A stretch of DNA of 64,000 nt from a virus. The notes below the pieces were generated by a model. It saw only the letters and a program-made list of their open reading frames with translations, was not told the DNA's origin and ran no database searches. The stretch lies in the IMG/VR virus record IMGVR_UViG_3300024981_000252. One strand, written 5' to 3'. Below are positions 44,195 to 55,256 of this stretch, in pieces. Within the stretch, counting starts at the first letter, position 1, and the number at the start of each line of letters is the position of its first letter. A program made the position numbers and the translations under genes.

Positions 44195-44649
44195 GCGCGT
44201 TCGAGAATGCTGCCTTCAATACTGTCCACGACTATTCCCGAGGTGCGAAGGCGCTGGCTGAGATTGTGGACATTCCGTACCACGTGCTGCTGCACAAGGT
44301 GAATCCGAACAATGAGACGCACCAGCTCAGCGTGCGTCAGGCGGTCAAGATCATGCAGGCGACGGGCGATGACCGCATGCTGCACGCCATTGCCGCCGAG
44401 CTCGGCATGGTGCTTGTCATCACGCAAATGGCTGAGATCGACGACCGCCAGATGCACCAGGCGATGACGCAGGCGTTGGGGCGGTTCGGTGAGTACCTGG
44501 ATACCGTCAGCGAATCGCTAGAGGATGGTCGGATCACGGCCACCGAGCTACGGAAGATCGACGGCACGCTCGGCAAGATGATCGAGAAAGTGACGGTCAT
44601 TCGGGCGATCGCGGCACAGATGGCAGAGAGCCGGAGGGCCGGGCGATGA
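44191..44649 (+). CDS. cII: CII-family regulator (copy 2)
   Basis: Identical to 3404-3862. Confidence 0.85.
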   Translation: MSAFENAAFNTVHDYSRGAKALAEIVDIPYHVLLHKVNPNNETHQLSVRQAVKIMQATGDDRMLHAIAAELGMVLVITQMAEIDDRQMHQAMTQALGRFGEYLDTVSESLEDGRITATELRKIDGTLGKMIEKVTVIRAIAAQMAESRRAGR

Positions 44650-44813
44650 AGTTCGAGATTCGCTACAGCCGCATCCTGATGACGCCTGAGTCGGAAGAGG
44701 AAAGGGGGTTACTGCACGAGCTGCAAGCCAGGGGGCGCGTGACCGGCATGTTCCTGCATCGTTGCCGCGATCCGGATTCGACCTTGGAGTTGTTCGTGCC
44801 GCCCGGACCTGGA

Positions 44814-45041
44814 TCAGTACCGGATGAGTAGCCCCTTCAAGCCATTCAACAGTTCCTGGATGTCTTGTTCTGACAGCTTGACGGTGTAGCGATCGATGCC
44901 GCCGTCTTCTACGTTGAGAGGCCCTATGCGGAGCCAGACGTTGTCGCCGTGTGTGAGTAGTTCGGTCTGCCGCCGATCGCCGGGTTTTCCGTCTGCTGGG
45001 CTTGCAGGAAGCATCTTGTTGAATATGAAATTTGCGCCCAT
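44814..45041 (-). CDS. Counter-oriented hypothetical protein (copy 2)
   Basis: Identical to 4027-4254. Confidence 0.6.
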   Translation of the reverse strand: MGANFIFNKMLPASPADGKPGDRRQTELLTHGDNVWLRIGPLNVEDGGIDRYTVKLSEQDIQELLNGLKGLLIRY

Positions 45042-45250
45042 GTCGTGTTCCTCGGATCGATATCGTTCAAGGGCGATCGCATGTGTGCGATGCCCAATCG
45101 AATGTGGCCAGGGCGCCTATCGGTTCCAATGGTCGACCCCCTGGGGTGGTGTTGTGGGTGTTGGAGCCAGCAATCTACCACGGGTGCGGTCGACCGCCCA
45201 TATTCCTCGTCGCGCGGTAGCGGCGGGGCTCTCCATGTCGAGATCGGCCT

Positions 45251-45571
45251 ATGTCTGAGGGGTGCCTCGAGGCTGATGAGATGGACCTGCGGCGGCCACG
45301 AGGCAGGCCGCGGGGCGAGATTTCAGAGACCATCATCGAGCTGGTCTCTGAGCGGCCGATGGCGGTGCGCGAACTGGCGGCGCGGATGGCTGTTCCGGTG
45401 CGGCGGGTCGAGGTGACATGCTCTCGGCTGGTCGCCGCAGGCCACATTGCCCCCGTGCGCAAAGAGCGTATGCAAGGCGCTCGACGACCGCTGGCGGTCT
45501 ATGGGCCGGCTCGGCTTACCGATGCAATCGCGTTGCTGCGTTTCACGAGCTTGGCCGGCCTATGGCGATGA
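45251..45571 (+). CDS. wHTH protein (copy 2)
   Basis: Identical to 4464-4784. Confidence 0.65.
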   Translation: MSEGCLEADEMDLRRPRGRPRGEISETIIELVSERPMAVRELAARMAVPVRRVEVTCSRLVAAGHIAPVRKERMQGARRPLAVYGPARLTDAIALLRFTSLAGLWR

Positions 45572-45951
45572 ACCTATCCCTGTTCGAGGGTGGGCGCGCC
45601 TCGGTCAGCAGCCCGAGGCGCGCACCCGACGCGGAGCGTCCGCCGGACATCCCGCGCGGGCCCCAGCGAGGGCGCCCGCAACACTATTTCACGCACGACG
45701 GGCGGTGTTTCAGCCTGGACAGGCTTCGAGAGCTCAGCGGGTGGGAGGACGCCTGCGCGCGCTATCCGGACCACGACATCGTCATTCTTTTCGATTCGAC
45801 GGATCCCGATTCGAGGCTCGTCGGGTTGATCGCTGTACCTCGTGAGCAGCCGGCGCGCCAGGATGCTCGCGGCCGGCCGCTTCCTCCAGCTCGCCCCTTT
45901 TGGGGGCATGGTGACGTCATGCATATTCGACGCGACAAGCCGCCCCCCTGA
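45568..45951 (+). CDS. Hypothetical protein (copy 2)
   Basis: Identical to 4781-5164. Confidence 0.5.
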   Translation: MNLSLFEGGRASVSSPRRAPDAERPPDIPRGPQRGRPQHYFTHDGRCFSLDRLRELSGWEDACARYPDHDIVILFDSTDPDSRLVGLIAVPREQPARQDARGRPLPPARPFWGHGDVMHIRRDKPPP

Positions 45952-46247
45952 CGGTGCGTCGACGGTGCAGGCGAAGAGGCTAGATACGCGGTTACCTGCA
46001 ACCGGCAGTGCCACAAACCGTTCCCGAGTGGCAGCGTGGGTGCGAACGACTAGAGCGCGGGAGGGCGGCTGTACGGGCCGCGACAGTCTGGTCAATCGGA
46101 CAGGGCGTACACCTGTGTCCGGGCCCTAAGACGTACGTTGGCTCCGGTCAGCAGTCGCGGCGAATCGCACGGCGGGTAGGGGGAGCTCTGCCCGTCAACC
46201 CCGTTCCTCCTAATCTGCAGTGCCCTTACCCTGTACACAGAGGCTCT
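45952..46247 (+). ncRNA. Candidate structured element (copy 2)
   Basis: Identical to 5165-5460. Confidence 0.45.
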
Positions 46248-46796
46248 ATGAATATTCAACCGCTTTTTCCTATTGAACCTCCGGTCTCTCCTAAGAAAAA
46301 TGAAAAAGGGCCGGATTTCGCGGCGTTCTGGACGGGATATCCACGGAGGGTGGCAAAGAAGGCCGCGGCCCGGGCCTGGGCAAAGCTGTCGGCGCGGGAT
46401 CGGCAGGCAGCGCTCGACGCGCTACCGAGGCACGTCGAAGTGTGGAAGTTACGTTGCGGCGACGACAGGGAGTATGTGCCGCATGCGGCGACATGGTTGA
46501 ACGGTGCGCGATGGGAAGATGAACTTACGCCGGTGGGCAAGCGGGCTGGGCAGGCGGAGCGGCCGATCGGGCCGGGTGGCTCGGAGCGGCAATGGTGGGA
46601 GCACTGGCCCGGCATCGTCAAGAAGGGGGCGGAGCTCGGATTGACCTGGGACGAAACGGCCGAAGCCGCGCCAGGGTTCAAGGCCCGGGTATTCAGGGCG
46701 GCCGGGCCGGGGCCGTGGACGGATCGCCAGCGGGGCGGGCTCACGGTGGGGCTACCCGGCGCGCCGCTGGCCGTGGTCGTGAGGAACGTGGCATGA
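46248..46796 (+). CDS. Initiator C-terminal-domain protein (copy 2)
   Basis: Identical to 5461-6009. Confidence 0.7.
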   Translation: MNIQPLFPIEPPVSPKKNEKGPDFAAFWTGYPRRVAKKAAARAWAKLSARDRQAALDALPRHVEVWKLRCGDDREYVPHAATWLNGARWEDELTPVGKRAGQAERPIGPGGSERQWWEHWPGIVKKGAELGLTWDETAEAAPGFKARVFRAAGPGPWTDRQRGGLTVGLPGAPLAVVVRNVA

Positions 46797-47200
46797 GCGG
46801 AATGCGGCGCGATCCGCGTATCCAGGCACGGCTAGATGCGTGGGGGATGTGGCGGCAGCTCGGCGTCCAGGGCGGATCGTTCTCTGGCGGTGGCAGCACG
46901 CTGGCGGCCTTGGTGGATGTTGCGGCCGGCCGGAGGGTCTTCGGCAGCTCGGAGCCACCGCGCGCCTATGTGCCGGTCGATGCCATTGAGTGCGCGATTA
47001 CGCATGAAGCGGTCCAGACGTTGCCGGCAGAGTTGCGTGAGGCGGTGGCAGGTTGGCACTGCGCGCGCACGGGAACGATGGAGGAGGTCGCGCGGCGGTT
47101 GGGTGTGGTGAAGACCACGCTACACCGGCGTCTGTGCCAGGCCGATATCCGGATCGCGGAGTGGTTGAAAGCCCGGACGAAAGCAAAAAGAATTTCGTGA
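46793..47200 (+). CDS. Q-like antiterminator (copy 2)
   Basis: Identical to 6006-6413. Confidence 0.7.
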   Translation: MSGMRRDPRIQARLDAWGMWRQLGVQGGSFSGGGSTLAALVDVAAGRRVFGSSEPPRAYVPVDAIECAITHEAVQTLPAELREAVAGWHCARTGTMEEVARRLGVVKTTLHRRLCQADIRIAEWLKARTKAKRIS

Positions 47201-47325
47201 GGTAAACCGGAACATGGATAATCCGCTACATTCCGGCGGAGCTCACGCAGTGGTGGGCTGAACATCTCGACGCCCCGGCAGGACTCAACCTGGCGGGGCG
47301 TTTCTTTTTTGGGCGTGGGGACATC

Positions 47326-47985
47326 GTGGACAGGTTGGATCTGAGCTCCAATATCGATCGGGCCATTGCGTGGATGGGATCCCTATACGAGGATCAAATG
47401 CCGTTCGCGGTGGCGAAGGCGCTGACACTGACGGCGCGCGACGGGGCGGCGGCCGAAGCCGAGGCCATCGTCCAGGTGTTCGACAATCCCACGCCGTTCA
47501 CCCGTAGGGCGGCCGGCTACACCCCCGCGACGAAGGGCTCGCTTCGCTCGGTCATCTTCCTGAAGGACGCCCAGGCCGAGTATCTGTTTGCACAGGTGGA
47601 GGGCGGAGCCCGCGACCTGAAGCAGTTCGAACAGCGGTTCGGGGCGATCGACGGTGCGGCACTGGTTATGCCTGGCGTGAAGGCGACGCTGAATCAGTAC
47701 GGCAACATCAGCAGGGCCAAGATCCTCGCGATCGCCCGCGACCTGAACACCGGCGGCAAGGCGAAGCGCTTCTTCAAGGGCACGCCGCGTGGGCACTCCC
47801 TGCCGCCTGGCATCTGGGCGCGGGTGAACAACAACACGGCGATCGCGCCGATCATGGTGTTTGCAACGGATGCACAGTACGAGAAGCGGTTCGCGTTCTC
47901 CGCGATCGCGCAGCAGACGGTCGATGCCGTGTTCGAGCGGCACCTGCTGGCCGCGTGGGACCTCGCGGTGCGGACTGCACGATGA
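47326..47985 (+). CDS. Conserved phage protein (copy 2)
   Basis: Identical to 6539-7198. Confidence 0.6.
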   Translation: MDRLDLSSNIDRAIAWMGSLYEDQMPFAVAKALTLTARDGAAAEAEAIVQVFDNPTPFTRRAAGYTPATKGSLRSVIFLKDAQAEYLFAQVEGGARDLKQFEQRFGAIDGAALVMPGVKATLNQYGNISRAKILAIARDLNTGGKAKRFFKGTPRGHSLPPGIWARVNNNTAIAPIMVFATDAQYEKRFAFSAIAQQTVDAVFERHLLAAWDLAVRTAR

Positions 47986-48133
47986 CTTCGATAGGGTTGG
48001 TGCGCTCCTGGATTTCGGCGGGTCCTTCCCCCCGGGTCGCCGGTGTGGGTAATTTGCGCACGTTGGAAATCCCGTCACGGGATCGAATAAGGGTAGCCAC
48101 CGGGTCTCCCGGTAGCCAGTTGGATAGATAGCC

Positions 48134-48718
48134 ATGGCGTTGATGGGCATTCGAGAGTACGCGCGACACCGTGGCGTGCGGCATCGTGCTGTCCAGAAGG
48201 CGATCGAGTCGGGTCGCATTCGCTCGGTCGACGGCGAGGACGGTCGCCCGAAGATCGATCCCGTGCAGGCCGATCGCGATTGGGAGCTCAACACGGACGA
48301 GACGCGCGTCGCGTTCACGGCGAATGGTGGCAGGCTCCTCGATGACGGCGCGGCCATGCCTGCGGACGACGATCTGGATGACGACGTCGACGACGTGCCG
48401 TTGAGCGGCGCCGACGATCACGCAAAAGCCTATCGCCACGCTCGCGCGATTCGCGAACGAGCGTCCGCCGAGCTGCGGCAGATCGAGGTCGAGAAAGCCC
48501 GTGGCAAGGTGATCGATGTCGAAGAGGCGCGGCGGATTGCTTACACGGCGTTCCGCCGCCTACGCGATTCCGCGATGTCGGTGGCGCCGCGCCTGAAGGA
48601 TTTGTGCGCGGCGGAGTCCGATCCGTTGGTGATCGAGACCATGATCGAGAACGAGATCATGGCGGCATTTGGGCAGATCGATGTGGCAGCGCTCTTGACT
48701 GATCGGGAGGAGGACTGA
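48134..48718 (+). CDS. terS: Terminase small subunit (copy 2)
   Basis: Identical to 7347-7931. Confidence 0.85.
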   Translation: MALMGIREYARHRGVRHRAVQKAIESGRIRSVDGEDGRPKIDPVQADRDWELNTDETRVAFTANGGRLLDDGAAMPADDDLDDDVDDVPLSGADDHAKAYRHARAIRERASAELRQIEVEKARGKVIDVEEARRIAYTAFRRLRDSAMSVAPRLKDLCAAESDPLVIETMIENEIMAAFGQIDVAALLTDREED

Positions 48719-50712
48719 TGGGTGCCGTCGACGCCTTCATCCGCTCGATCCAGGACGCGATACGTCCGGACGATCGTGGATCGATCTCGGAGTGGGCCGC
48801 CAAGTATCGCATCTTGCCACCCGATACCCCGGAGCCGGGCCCATGGAGGAACGAGCGTACGCCGTGCCTGGTCGAGATCATGGACACGCTGTCACCCGCC
48901 AGCGGGTACACCGAGGTCTGGCTCAAGAAGGGCCACCAGCTCGGCGGTTCGGCCTTGGGTGAGAACTTCATCGGCCACGCCATCACCAGCGCGGCCGGCA
49001 ACATCCTCGGGGTGTTCGCGACGATCGATGACGCGAACAAATGGAACCTGTCACGTTTCGAGCCCATGCGGACCGCGACGCCGGCCTTGCGCCGCGCGGT
49101 CAAGGATCGCGATGTCAAGGGCAGCGACAACACGCAGCGGCGCAAGAAGTTTCCGGGCGGGATGCTGCAGCTGGTCGGCTCGAACCGCGCCGGGGGGCTG
49201 AAGTCGTCCACGATCCGCTATGTTCTGCTGGAGGAGGTCGACGAGTACCCACGCGACGTGGCCAAGCAGGGCGCCGTCCCCGAGCTTGCGCGCAACCGCA
49301 CATCCAATTTTGGGAGCAAGGCGCGGATCTTCGGCAACAGCACGCCCACCATCGAGGGCGCGAGCGAGATCGACGGTCAGTTCAATCGTGGCGACCAGCG
49401 GTATTACATGCCGCCGTGTCCTGCGTGTGGCCACCGCCAACGGCTGCTGTGGGAAAACTTCCGATGGGTGGATTCCGACCCCACGACTGTAGGTTGCGCG
49501 TGTGTTGGCTGTGGCATCGTCTCGAAAGAGCATGAGTGGAAGCGGCTCTTTACCCCGGATATGTGGGTAAAGACCGCGAAAGGGCAGCCGGGCGTGGCGA
49601 GTTTCCACATGCCGAGTCTTCTGGCGCCTCTCGGTTGGCGGTCATGGGTTGACCTGGTCGTGGACTGGCTGGAGGCACAAGGCAATCCGATCAAGCTGAA
49701 ACGGTTCATCAACAACGAACTGGCCGAGTGTTGGCAGGAGCAGACGGACCGGGTGCAGTGGGAGGTGTTGAAAGAGCGCGCCGAGCCGTATGCACTGCGC
49801 GCGGTGCCGCGTGGGTATTACGTACTCACCCTCGGCGTGGACACGCAGGACACATGGTTGGCCGCTCAACTTGTCGCCTGGGGCCGAGGTGAGCGGGCGT
49901 TGGTGCTGGACTACTTCGAAATCCACGGCGACCTGACGCTCGATCCGTCGAATCCGGACAGTCCCTGGTTCAAGTTGGATGCGTACCGTCACCAGGCATT
50001 CCGCAACGAATTCGGCATCGACCTGCGGGTCAGCATGACGGCGGTCGATACGGGTGGCCTGCATACGCATACGGTCTACAACTATTGCCGCGCCCGCCGG
50101 CATGACAGCGTGATTGCGATCAAGGGGGATCGCCCTGGCAAACCCATTCTGGGACGGTCCAGCCGACAAGATGTCAAGAACGGCAAGGGCGACATCATGA
50201 AGAACGGTGTGCAGCTTTGGTTCGTGGGCGGCGATACGGCGAAGTCGTCCTTGTTCGCACGAATGGACGCGGACGAAGAAGCGGGGCGGGTCGGCGCCGA
50301 TCGCCTCTTGCGCTTTAGCACGCAGTTGCCCGACATCTATTTCAAGGGGTTGACCGCGGAGGTATACAAGGTCGAGCTGGGCCGGTGGGAAAAGTTGGCC
50401 GGGCGCCGCAACGAGTCGCTGGACACGCTGGTCTATGCCTATGCCGCGGCCTGCCATCCGACCGTGCGTATCCATACGGCACGCGTGGCCGAGTGGGACG
50501 AGCTCGAGCGGCTGCTGGAGCCGCGCCACCGCGATCTATTCGGTGGGGTGCCGCCGGCGGCTGAAGTAGCTCCTGCGGCGGCGCCGGTGGTACCTGTGTC
50601 ACCCGCTCCTGTCACCAGTCCCGTGCAGACGTCTGCACGAGACGAGGAGCTGGAAACCGTCACGGCCGGCGACGATGGCTGGCTTTCGAACACCGACAAC
50701 TGGCTGAACTGA
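48718..50712 (+). CDS. terL: Terminase large subunit (copy 2)
   Basis: Identical to 7931-9925. Confidence 0.96.
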   Translation: MGAVDAFIRSIQDAIRPDDRGSISEWAAKYRILPPDTPEPGPWRNERTPCLVEIMDTLSPASGYTEVWLKKGHQLGGSALGENFIGHAITSAAGNILGVFATIDDANKWNLSRFEPMRTATPALRRAVKDRDVKGSDNTQRRKKFPGGMLQLVGSNRAGGLKSSTIRYVLLEEVDEYPRDVAKQGAVPELARNRTSNFGSKARIFGNSTPTIEGASEIDGQFNRGDQRYYMPPCPACGHRQRLLWENFRWVDSDPTTVGCACVGCGIVSKEHEWKRLFTPDMWVKTAKGQPGVASFHMPSLLAPLGWRSWVDLVVDWLEAQGNPIKLKRFINNELAECWQEQTDRVQWEVLKERAEPYALRAVPRGYYVLTLGVDTQDTWLAAQLVAWGRGERALVLDYFEIHGDLTLDPSNPDSPWFKLDAYRHQAFRNEFGIDLRVSMTAVDTGGLHTHTVYNYCRARRHDSVIAIKGDRPGKPILGRSSRQDVKNGKGDIMKNGVQLWFVGGDTAKSSLFARMDADEEAGRVGADRLLRFSTQLPDIYFKGLTAEVYKVELGRWEKLAGRRNESLDTLVYAYAAACHPTVRIHTARVAEWDELERLLEPRHRDLFGGVPPAAEVAPAAAPVVPVSPAPVTSPVQTSARDEELETVTAGDDGWLSNTDNWLN

Positions 50713-50714
50713 AC

Positions 50715-50927
50715 ATGGCATTCACAAACACACAATTGGCCGCGCTCGAACGCGCGATCGCCTCGGGCAGCCTAACGGTTGCCTATGACGGCAAGACGGT
50801 GACGTACCGGAACATGGACGATCTGATCCGGGCCTACAACTTCGTGAAGGGTCAGCTCGATGTGGCGGGCGGTTCCGTCGTCACGAACCGCGGGCCGGCC
50901 CATCTGGCTGTGTTCGACAGGGGGTAA
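50715..50927 (+). CDS. gpW-like head-tail joining protein (copy 2)
   Basis: Identical to 9928-10140. Confidence 0.88.
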   Translation: MAFTNTQLAALERAIASGSLTVAYDGKTVTYRNMDDLIRAYNFVKGQLDVAGGSVVTNRGPAHLAVFDRG

Positions 50928-50928
50928 C

Positions 50929-52389
50929 GTGAACTGGCTCGACAGCATGATCGGGTATCTCAGCCCGGCCACCGGCGCCCGTCGCATCCATGCTCGCATC
51001 GCGATGGACATGGCGCGCTCGTACGACGCCGGACGGCGCGGCCGACGCACGGCGAACTGGCGCGCCGGCGGAGGCAGCGCCAATGCCGAGATTCTTCCGG
51101 ACTTGCAGACTGTCCGGAACCGGTGTCGCGACATGGTCCGGAACAACGAGTATGCAGCCAAGGCGCTCGACACAATGGTCGGCGATCTGGTCGGTACCGG
51201 CATCGTGGCAAGGGCCGCCGATCAACAGGTTTGGATGGACTGGTGTGACTACTGCGATGCGGACGAGCAGCTCGATTTCAATGGGTTGATCGAGCTGCTG
51301 GTGCGGGGCCGCAAGGAGGTCGGTGAGGGCCTGGTACGGTTCCGGCCTCGGCGCCCAGAGGACGGTCTGGCCGTGCCTCTGCAGGTGCAGGTGCTGGAGG
51401 CGGATCACCTCGACAGCTACAAGACGGGTCCCTTGTCCAATGGGAATTTCGTGATCGCCGGCGTAGAGTTCGATCAACTCGGCCGCCGGCGGGCGTATTG
51501 GCTCTATCCGGTTCATCCTGGCGAGGTCGCCAGCTATCGGGTGAGATCCCTCGAGAGCAAGCGGGTTCCTGCGGAAGATGTCATCCACTACTACCGCAAG
51601 CGGCGCGCCTCTCAGGTGCGGGGTATGGCGGAGATGGCGGTGGCGCTCATGCGCTTGCGCGACCTGGCGGACTACGAGCAGGCGGAACTCGTTCGAAAGA
51701 AAATCGAGGCTTGCTTCGTGGCGTTCGTTCGGACGGATGACTCAAGCCAGACGCTCGGCGGCAATGTGGACCTCGGCGACAAGCGCCGCAAGCCTGGGGA
51801 GGAGAAAGTCTCGCCCGGGATGATCAAGTATTTGAGTGGCGCCGATGGCGTGGAGTTTGGCTCGCCGGCGTCCTCGGGCGGATATGGGGAGTACACCCGC
51901 TCGCAGCTCTACGCGGTTTCGGCGGGCACCGGCGTCATGTACTCGTCCATGACGGGGGACCACTCGCAAGCCAACTACTCGAGCATGCGGTCGGCCAACA
52001 TGGACTATCGCAAGTTGATCGCCCAGGAACAATGGTTGGCACTCGTGCCAATGGTGCTCAATCGTGTGGCTGCCCGGGTCCAGGCCGCCGCAGTGCTGGC
52101 CGGCGTGCAGAAAGCGCGGCCGCAGCGCTATGAATGGGCCATGCCGAAGGTGGACCTAGTGGATCCGCTGAAAGACATCATGGCGACGAAAGAGGGGTTG
52201 CGCGGCGGTCTGCAGTCGCTCTCCGCGGCGATCCGCGAGCGTGGCGACGATCCCGGTGCGGTATTCCGGGAGATCGCTGACGAGCGGGCCCGCCTCAAGG
52301 AACTCGGCATTCTGTCGGACGCCGATCCTGCGGTCAGCGACAAGCTGATCCCCCCGGAAGTGGTGGCCGAGCTGCTCGGCGCCAAGTAG
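50929..52389 (+). CDS. Portal protein (copy 2)
   Basis: Identical to 10142-11602. Confidence 0.95.
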   Translation: MNWLDSMIGYLSPATGARRIHARIAMDMARSYDAGRRGRRTANWRAGGGSANAEILPDLQTVRNRCRDMVRNNEYAAKALDTMVGDLVGTGIVARAADQQVWMDWCDYCDADEQLDFNGLIELLVRGRKEVGEGLVRFRPRRPEDGLAVPLQVQVLEADHLDSYKTGPLSNGNFVIAGVEFDQLGRRRAYWLYPVHPGEVASYRVRSLESKRVPAEDVIHYYRKRRASQVRGMAEMAVALMRLRDLADYEQAELVRKKIEACFVAFVRTDDSSQTLGGNVDLGDKRRKPGEEKVSPGMIKYLSGADGVEFGSPASSGGYGEYTRSQLYAVSAGTGVMYSSMTGDHSQANYSSMRSANMDYRKLIAQEQWLALVPMVLNRVAARVQAAAVLAGVQKARPQRYEWAMPKVDLVDPLKDIMATKEGLRGGLQSLSAAIRERGDDPGAVFREIADERARLKELGILSDADPAVSDKLIPPEVVAELLGAK

Positions 52390-52446
52390 GCCCGAACATT
52401 CCTTCAACACTGCCCCGCCGCCGCGGGGCTTTTTTTTGAGGTTCCC

Positions 52447-54555
52447 ATGCCCCAGAACACGATAACTCCGGCGGCCCAGCGCCGCGAAACCCAGCAGCTG
52501 CCGCTGGGTGCTGTTCCCGGCGTCGAAATACGCGATTTGCCTTTGCAGACGCGCGTGCAGCCCATCGGCGAGGTCAATGCGGAAACCCGCAGCGCCGAGA
52601 TGACGTGGACCACCGGGGCTGCGGTGCAGCGATACGACTGGTGGAACGAGCGGGGCTATCTCGAGGAACTCAGCCTCGATCCCGCACATGTCCGAATGGA
52701 CCGCTTGCTTTCCGGTCGTGCGCCAATGCTGAACACTCATTCACGCTGGCGCCTAAACGATGTTCTGGGCGTTGTCGACGTCGCTGCGCTTGAGCCGGAG
52801 CCCACTTGCACGGTTCGCTTCAGCAAGCGGGAGGACGTCGAGCCCATCTATCAGGACGTCCTCGACCGCATCATCGCCAACGTTTCCGTCGGGTACGCCG
52901 TCTACCAGTATGAGCGGATCCCCCCGACGAAAGAGGGCGAGATGTGGCGATATCGCGCCATTGACTGGGAGCCGTTCGAGGTGTCCCTCGTTCCCGTGGG
53001 AGCTGAAGTCAATAGCGCGGTGCGCGCTGCGGATGGTGCGGATTCCGCACCCGAGCAGCAACTGCGCACATATCCCTGCCAGTTTATCGATGTAGTCCGT
53101 TCAACGCCGGCAGCCGCTGGCAATTCAACCCAAGAGGAAAGAGCAATGCCTCCCGAAGACAACACGCAGCAACCGGCGGCCAACACCGGCGCCGCAACCC
53201 AGCAGAACGCGGACGCCCAACAGCGGGCCCTCGAGCAAGCCCGAGTGGAGGGCGGCCGCGCCGAGGCGGAACGGCAGACCGGCATCCGGGAGGCTGTCCG
53301 CATGGGCGGCCTCGAGCCTGCCTTCGCGGACGAGCTGATCGGCCGCGAAGGTATGACCGCCCAAGACGCCGGCCTGGCTGTTCTGCGCGAAATCGCCAAA
53401 CGCGGCGAAGCCAGTTCGACCCGCTCGGCGGCGGACATCCAGACCATCCTGGACGAAACCGATCGTCGCCGGGAAGCGATCGGCGATGCCATCGTCCTGC
53501 GGGCCAATCCCCGGGCCGTGACGGACGCACCGCGCCTGGCGGCGGCGCGGCAGTACCGAGGCATGACTCTGATCGACATGGCACGCGAGGCGATCGAGCT
53601 CGCGGGCGGTCGCGCCCGGGGTCTCAGCCGGCGTGAGATTGCCACCGCCTCGCTCAACCTGGATTCCGATCTGAGGGTGCGGGCCGGCATGCAAAGCACG
53701 TCGGATTTCCCGAACATCTTGGCCAACACCGTGCGCCGGACGCTGCGCCAGGCCTACCAGCTGCAGCCGCGGACCTTCGTGCCGTGGACGCGGATGGCGA
53801 CCGCCCCCGATTTCAAGGAGGTTGCGCGCACGCAGTTGTCCGAGTCGACCGTGTTCCAAAAGGTGAAAGAGGGCGGTGAGTACAAGGCGATCACCTTCGG
53901 CGATTCGGCTGAGAAATACGCGCTGGGCAAGTACGGCGGCATCGTCACGTTGACCTGGGAAACGCTGGTCAACGATGACCTCGGCGCGTTCGATCGCATT
54001 CCGTTCGCTCTGGCGGCGGAGGCGGCTGCGCTCGAGGGCGATCTGGTGTACGGCATTCTGACCAGCAATCCCGCCATGGCCGATGGAACGGCGCTCTTCC
54101 ACGCCAATCACGGCAACCTGGCCGCCTCCGGTTCCGCCATCAGCGATACCGCGCTGACGGCCGGCCGCAGTGCCATGCGCAAGCAAACCGGGATGAAGGG
54201 GCGGGTCTTGAACCTGACTCCCAGTTATCTCGTCGTGGGCCCGGACAAGGAAGGGGAGGCCAACAAATATACGTCGACGCAATTCGTGGCGGCGAAGTCG
54301 GTGGACATCAACCCCGCCTACAACACCTCGTTGGAGGTCGTCGTCGATCCTCGGATCCCCGGCAATGCCTGGCACCTGATTGCGGAGCCGGCGATGGTCG
54401 ACACGATCGAATATTCCTATCTCGAAGGCGAGGACGGTCTCTACACGGAGCAGCGGACCGGATTCGAGGTCGATGGCGTACAGGTCAAGGCCCGCCACGT
54501 GTTCGCTGCCAAGGCGATCGACTGGCGCGGCCTTTACAAGAACGGCGGCGCCTGA
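52447..54555 (+). CDS. Protease-major capsid fusion (copy 2)
   Basis: Identical to 11660-13768. Confidence 0.92.
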   Translation: MPQNTITPAAQRRETQQLPLGAVPGVEIRDLPLQTRVQPIGEVNAETRSAEMTWTTGAAVQRYDWWNERGYLEELSLDPAHVRMDRLLSGRAPMLNTHSRWRLNDVLGVVDVAALEPEPTCTVRFSKREDVEPIYQDVLDRIIANVSVGYAVYQYERIPPTKEGEMWRYRAIDWEPFEVSLVPVGAEVNSAVRAADGADSAPEQQLRTYPCQFIDVVRSTPAAAGNSTQEERAMPPEDNTQQPAANTGAATQQNADAQQRALEQARVEGGRAEAERQTGIREAVRMGGLEPAFADELIGREGMTAQDAGLAVLREIAKRGEASSTRSAADIQTILDETDRRREAIGDAIVLRANPRAVTDAPRLAAARQYRGMTLIDMAREAIELAGGRARGLSRREIATASLNLDSDLRVRAGMQSTSDFPNILANTVRRTLRQAYQLQPRTFVPWTRMATAPDFKEVARTQLSESTVFQKVKEGGEYKAITFGDSAEKYALGKYGGIVTLTWETLVNDDLGAFDRIPFALAAEAAALEGDLVYGILTSNPAMADGTALFHANHGNLAASGSAISDTALTAGRSAMRKQTGMKGRVLNLTPSYLVVGPDKEGEANKYTSTQFVAAKSVDINPAYNTSLEVVVDPRIPGNAWHLIAEPAMVDTIEYSYLEGEDGLYTEQRTGFEVDGVQVKARHVFAAKAIDWRGLYKNGGA

Positions 54556-54615
54556 CCCTGATTCTGAACCCCGGCGCCGGCAACTCGGCCGGCGCCTTCA
54601 ATCAAAGGAAATTTC

Positions 54616-54948
54616 ATGCAGAACTTCGTGCAATCGGGCCGGACGCTCACGCTGCCGGCGCCCTACGATGTCGCCTCCGGCGGCGCCGTTCTGGTGGGCA
54701 AGATTTTCGGTATCGCGGTGACCGACGTGGCGAGCGGCGCGCAAGGCGAGTTCGATACCGAAGGCGTTTTCACCCTGCCGGTTCTCGGTACCGACACCGC
54801 GGCCGTAGGCGCAGTCGCGTACTGGGACGCCACCAACAAGCGTCTCACGACCACGGCGACCGACAACACGCGGGTAGGCGTCTTCGTCGCCGCGAAGGCC
54901 TCCGCCGTGGCGGTGGGGCAGATCAAGGTCGACGCGGTCATCGCGTAA
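54616..54948 (+). CDS. DUF2190 protein (copy 2)
   Basis: Identical to 13829-14161. Confidence 0.85.
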   Translation: MQNFVQSGRTLTLPAPYDVASGGAVLVGKIFGIAVTDVASGAQGEFDTEGVFTLPVLGTDTAAVGAVAYWDATNKRLTTTATDNTRVGVFVAAKASAVAVGQIKVDAVIA

Positions 54949-55256
54949 TGGGCTGGGATCCGTCCGTCTTCAAGGATGAGTTCGTCGCGGCGGGCATTTG
55001 GGTGCCTGCCGTGGTGACGATCGGCTCGGTTGTGCACGATCCGGTCTATGTCGGCTACACGGAGCCGCGCGAGCTGATCCTGGGGGGCGCCGTCATGGCG
55101 GCCGGCTACTCGATCGAGTTCGAGGCGGGTGACCTGCCCGGCCTCGCGCTGCACGACCAGGTCGTGGTGGCGGGGAAGATATTCCGGCTGAGCCAACCTC
55201 CTCGGGCGCGGGGCGAGGGGTTCTTCTCGGTCGCGGAGCTGGAACTGGTGGCATGA
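54948..55256 (+). CDS. Head-tail joining protein (copy 2)
   Basis: Identical to 14161-14469. Confidence 0.6.
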   Translation: MGWDPSVFKDEFVAAGIWVPAVVTIGSVVHDPVYVGYTEPRELILGGAVMAAGYSIEFEAGDLPGLALHDQVVVAGKIFRLSQPPRARGEGFFSVAELELVA